DNA of 64,000 bases. Source: an uncultured Collinsella sp. (GTDB lineage Bacteria > Actinomycetota > Coriobacteriia > Coriobacteriales > Coriobacteriaceae). Position 1 is the first letter of the stretch. Each line of letters opens with the position of its first letter. Shown here in pieces: positions 60,670 to 64,000 of this stretch. Both the position numbers and the translations under genes were made by a program. The notes under the pieces were generated by a model, which saw nothing but the letters and a program-made list of their open reading frames with translations, ran no database searches and had not been told where the DNA came from. The DNA is taken from positions 73,254 to 137,253 of the forward strand of contig CABQXN010000001.1 of the NCBI GenBank assembly GCA_902468085.1, in the 5' to 3' direction.

Positions 60670-61203
60670 ATGAATATCACCGTGTATCTGGGTGCCAGCG
60701 TTGGTAACGACCCAGCGTTTCTGCCCGCGCTGCAGGAGCTGGGCAACTGGATTGGCTCCAACGGACACGCGCTGGTATACGGCGGGTCCAAGTCGGGCCT
60801 GATGGGTGCGCTCGCCGATAGCGTGCTCGAGGCAGGTGGACATGTGACGGGTGTTGAGCCGAGCTTTTTTATCGAGGCCGAGTTTCAGCATGACGGTATC
60901 GACGACCTTATCGTGACGAGCGATATGGCCGAGCGCAAGGCCAAGATGATTGAGCTCGGCGATGCGTTCATCGCCTTTCCCGGTGGGACGGGCACGCTCG
61001 AGGAGATTGCCGAGGTCATGTCCGCGGTGTCGTTGGGGCATCTCGATGCGCCGTGCATTTTGTACAACCTGAACGGTTACTACAACGACCTCAAGGCGCT
61101 GCTCGGGCACATGATTGATAAGGGGCTTTCGAGCCTGAAGCGCCAGCACGGTATCTACTTTGCCGACGATTTGCGCGAGATTGCCTCGATTATCAACGGA
61201 TAA
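60670..61203 (+). CDS. LOG-family cytokinin riboside 5'-monophosphate phosphoribohydrolase-like protein
   Basis: VYGGSKSGLMG and the PGGTGTLEE motif of the LOG/TIGR00730 family. Confidence 0.8.
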   Translation: MNITVYLGASVGNDPAFLPALQELGNWIGSNGHALVYGGSKSGLMGALADSVLEAGGHVTGVEPSFFIEAEFQHDGIDDLIVTSDMAERKAKMIELGDAFIAFPGGTGTLEEIAEVMSAVSLGHLDAPCILYNLNGYYNDLKALLGHMIDKGLSSLKRQHGIYFADDLREIASIING

Positions 61204-61328
61204 GTCTTGAGCCTGCCCCACTATGGCTCCCAATGGTGCCGTTTGCGGCGCAGGTGGTTGGCTCGTTCGGGTAACGCTCGCTCTACAATAAAACGTATCT
61301 ATGTCGACTTTGACCGCGGGAGGACCCG

Positions 61329-62633
61329 ATGGATAACCTTGCCAAACCCACAAACCGCGCGCTGTTTTTAGTTAGCGTTGCCGTGACCGGTGCGTTCGCA
61401 GGTGCCGCAGTCTGGCTGTTCTTCTTTGCGATGGAGCACGGCATCGACTATCTATGGACCGAGATTCCACACGCGCTGGGCGTCGCTTCGCCCGAGCTTG
61501 CCAGCGGCCCGTTTGGCTTTCTGCCATACCCGTTTTTCGTCTGCCTGCTGGGCGGCCTGCTGATCGGTCTGTACGAAAAGACGACGGGCACCAAGACCGA
61601 TGACCTCAACCAGGTGATGGCCAAGGTAAAGCGCGATGGACGCTACCCGTACGACAATCTGGGCAAGCTTTCGCTCGCGGCATTGCTGCCGCTGCTGTTT
61701 GGCGGCAGCATTGGACCGGAGGCCGGCCTGACCGGCGTCATCGCGGGTCTGTGCAGCTGGGTCGGCGATCGCATGCGTCGCTTTGGCGCCGAGTTTAGGG
61801 AGCTCACGCTGCTGGGCACCCAGGCTGCCCTGACGGCACTCTTTACCGCGCCCGTCTTTGGCTTTGTGGCGCCGCTTGCCGGAAGTACTGACGGCCAGGG
61901 CGAAGACGCCGACGATGAGTCCGCGTCCGGCGAGATCACCATCAAGCTGCCCAAGGCGCAAAAGACGGTGGTCTACGGCATTGCGATTGCCGGTGGTCTG
62001 GGCACCTACCTGCTGCTCGGCCAGCTCATGGGCGGCGGCATGGGCATGCCGAGGTTCGAGGCCGCCGTGGTGGGCAACCTGGAACTTGTCTGGCTCATTC
62101 CGCTGGCGTTGGTCGGCACCGTTTGCGGATGGCTGTACTTTGTCTCTGAGCATGCGAGCGAGGCGCTGTCTCATGCAATAGGGGAGCGTCCTGTCGTCAA
62201 GGCCATGCTAGCCGGTCTGGCGCTCGCCATCTGTGGCACGGTTCTGCCCTACACCATGTTTGCCGGCGAGACCCAGGCCGACGTGCTCATGGAGACCTAC
62301 CTGACCATTCCCGCTGGTGTGCTTATCGCGACCGGTCTTGTTAAGGCCATGCTGACGCCCGCCCTCATCAACCTTGGTTGGCGTGGCGGCCACTTCTTCC
62401 CGGTTATCTTCTCGGGTGTGAGCCTGGGCTACGGCCTTGCCATCCTCACCGGCGCCAATCCGGTCTTTTGCGTCGCCGTCTGCACGGCATCGACGATGGG
62501 CGCCGTCATGCGCCAGCCGGTCATGGTCGTGGGTCTGCTGCTCATGTGCTTCTCACTCAAGGGTATCGTCTGCATGATCATTGCGGCCGTCATCGCCGCC
62601 GGCATTCCGCTGCCCAAGCCGCTGCGCAAATAG
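61329..62633 (+). CDS. ClC-family chloride channel / H+-Cl- exchanger-like membrane protein
   Basis: 434-aa polytopic protein with GGSIGPEAG (GxEGP-like) and GGHFFPVIF (GxFxP-like) motifs. Confidence 0.65.
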   Translation: MDNLAKPTNRALFLVSVAVTGAFAGAAVWLFFFAMEHGIDYLWTEIPHALGVASPELASGPFGFLPYPFFVCLLGGLLIGLYEKTTGTKTDDLNQVMAKVKRDGRYPYDNLGKLSLAALLPLLFGGSIGPEAGLTGVIAGLCSWVGDRMRRFGAEFRELTLLGTQAALTALFTAPVFGFVAPLAGSTDGQGEDADDESASGEITIKLPKAQKTVVYGIAIAGGLGTYLLLGQLMGGGMGMPRFEAAVVGNLELVWLIPLALVGTVCGWLYFVSEHASEALSHAIGERPVVKAMLAGLALAICGTVLPYTMFAGETQADVLMETYLTIPAGVLIATGLVKAMLTPALINLGWRGGHFFPVIFSGVSLGYGLAILTGANPVFCVAVCTASTMGAVMRQPVMVVGLLLMCFSLKGIVCMIIAAVIAAGIPLPKPLRK

Positions 62634-62670
62634 CGCGGTTAATCGCGAGTCAACTCCAGAGGGGTACGAG

Positions 62671-63462
62671 ATGATCCTGTACTTTAGCGCGACGGGGAAC
62701 AGCGAACATGTGGCGCGTCGCATTGCGGCGGCGACAGACGACAAGGTTGTGTCGATTGAGCGTTTTGATGTCGAAGCCCTTCGCCTTGTTGCGACGGAAG
62801 GCCCCTGCCAGCTGGGATTTGTTGCTCCGGTGTATGCCTGGGGTCTGCCGACACCGATGATCGAGTTTTTGAAGACTGCCGACCTGTCGATTGCTGCCGG
62901 TGCAAAGGGCGGCGAGCGCCCCTATACGTTCTATGTTTCGACGTACGGTTCGACGACCGGCCAATCTGCCAAGTTTGCCCGCGACCTGCTGCACGAGCGT
63001 GGGCTCGAGTTAGATGCGGCGATGAGCGTCAAGATGCCCGATACCTGGACGCCTGTTTTCGACCTGTCTGACCCTCAAAAGGTTGAGGGTATCAATAGAG
63101 CTGCCGAGGCGCAGATTGATGCCGTGATCGAGGCGGTGCGGGCACGCCGCACGGGCAACATGATGCGCCATCGCGTGCCTCTGTTTGCATCGTGCGCGTA
63201 TCACGCAATTGGGCTGCCGCGCATGCAACAGACGAGCAAGTTTGCCGTCGATGCCGATCGCTGCATCGGCTGCGGCCTGTGTGCCAAGCGCTGCCCCATG
63301 GCGGCGATTGAGATGCGCGACGGCCTTCCCGTCTGGACAAAGCCGGAGTGCGCAGCCTGCCTTCGTTGCCTGCACCGTTGTCCCAAATTTGCCATCTCGC
63401 ACGGTAAGCGCACGGCATCCCACGGTCAGTACAGGCATCCCAAGCCAGGTGTGAGGATGTAG
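62671..63462 (+). CDS. Flavodoxin-like domain plus 4Fe-4S ferredoxin-domain protein
   Basis: MILYFSATGNSEHVARRIA (flavodoxin loop) and two CxxCxxCxxxCP clusters (CIGCGLCAKRCP, CAACLRCLHRCP). Confidence 0.65.
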   Translation: MILYFSATGNSEHVARRIAAATDDKVVSIERFDVEALRLVATEGPCQLGFVAPVYAWGLPTPMIEFLKTADLSIAAGAKGGERPYTFYVSTYGSTTGQSAKFARDLLHERGLELDAAMSVKMPDTWTPVFDLSDPQKVEGINRAAEAQIDAVIEAVRARRTGNMMRHRVPLFASCAYHAIGLPRMQQTSKFAVDADRCIGCGLCAKRCPMAAIEMRDGLPVWTKPECAACLRCLHRCPKFAISHGKRTASHGQYRHPKPGVRM

Positions 63463-63477
63463 CGGCTGCTGGCCGCG

Positions 63478-63945
63478 CTACTTCCAAACCGCGAGCGCCG
63501 CAGTGCCCAGTACGATGAGGGCGAGACCGATGGCGCTGCGCCGCGAGACCTTTTCGTTGAATGCCAAGCGCGCAAATAGTACCGATACGACAATCGATAG
63601 TTTGTCGATCTGCACCACGACGCTCACCTGGCCTGCGGCGATGGCATAGTAATAGAGCAGCCACGATGCTCCGGTCGCGATGCCCGATGCCGCGAGAAAT
63701 ACGAGCTCGTAGCGGTCTACGTGCACGGCTTGGCCCATCTTGCCTTTAGCTGCCACGATTGCCCATGCCATAACCAGTACCATGCAGGTGCGGATTGCCG
63801 TGGCCAGGTTTGACTCGACGCCTTCGATGCCGATCTTAGCGAGGACGGAGGTGAGTGCTGCGAACATGGCGGCGCCGAGGGCGTAAGCGAGCCAGGTCCG
63901 GTCTTGCTGCTGCTCGGGTCCGGCGGATTGCTGCTTCTCGGTCAT
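63478..63945 (-). CDS. EamA/DMT-family small transporter
   Basis: Four or five TM helices with the EamA pattern. The start is near the window edge and may lie upstream. Confidence 0.45.
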   Translation of the reverse strand: MTEKQQSAGPEQQQDRTWLAYALGAAMFAALTSVLAKIGIEGVESNLATAIRTCMVLVMAWAIVAAKGKMGQAVHVDRYELVFLAASGIATGASWLLYYYAIAAGQVSVVVQIDKLSIVVSVLFARLAFNEKVSRRSAIGLALIVLGTAALAVWK

Positions 63946-64000
63946 TAAAAACGTGCCGAGGGTAATGACGGCGGTTCCCACGAGCTTAACCGCAAGGTTG

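Noticed and set aside
1-64000. tRNA, rRNA and CRISPR arrays
   Set aside because: No cloverleaf-compatible segments, rRNA-like conserved stretches, or regularly spaced direct repeats were seen. The only short tandem array (23398-23454) has no spacers.

Overview
This 64-kb window is a high-GC chromosomal segment of a Gram-positive bacterium (Actinomycetota-like; possibly Coriobacteriia, which is inference only). It is mostly housekeeping and sensing genes, interrupted by several accessory insertions. Left to right: (1) a mannose-family PTS operon (IIB, IIC, IID, IIA) followed by a DUF2961/GH172 glycosidase and a ROK fructokinase, with a PRD-regulator fragment upstream; (2) a PadR/DUF1700/DUF4097 triad, truncated at an approximately 8-kb lower-GC accessory region (about 6.9-15.05 kb). 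That region carries a hypothetical protein, a DUF3800 protein, an excisionase-like HTH, an XRE regulator, a NERD-nuclease membrane protein and small peptides. It ends at a DUF2992 gene whose 3' end is duplicated about 6 kb away as an att-like direct repeat, followed by a 17-bp-stem hairpin and a decayed DUF4143 ATPase; (3) a MerR-controlled detox-type operon (RibD-like reductase, cupin, carboxymuconolactone decarboxylase (CMD) family protein, aldo-keto reductase, flavodoxin) with a textbook 19-bp-spacer MerR promoter; (4) a cupin/HxlR pair, an LPATG surface protein, an FMN reductase, and a divergent type IIA topoisomerase pair (topo IV-like B and A subunits); (5) a roughly 1,480-aa Tat-signal surface protein with an LAGTG sorting signal, split by one in-frame TAG, downstream of a LuxR regulator and an OmpR-type two-component system; (6) a NapH-like 4Fe-4S membrane protein (in-frame TAA), a TlpA-like lipoprotein and a 1,087-aa MacB-type ABC fusion; (7) an agmatine deiminase / putrescine carbamoyltransferase locus with a TetR regulator and two paralogous MFS transporters, flanked by a family of TGTGACAAAGGGAC palindromic repeats; (8) a MITE-like 31-bp-TIR element, the Dus gene, a terminator duplicated as 93-bp direct repeats around a 1-kb insertion (orphan RHH antitoxin plus a 29-bp-IR element), then glutaredoxin, a TipAS-type regulator, TsaA (in-frame TGA), a C-S lyase, an SBP lipoprotein, two SBP-type hybrid histidine kinases (one with in-frame TAG), a K+ channel, a LOG protein, a ClC channel, a flavodoxin-ferredoxin and an EamA transporter. 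I found no rRNA, tRNA or CRISPR array. Four conserved genes carry single in-frame stop codons (TAG, TAA, TGA, TAG), a striking density that fits either gene decay or assembly errors.
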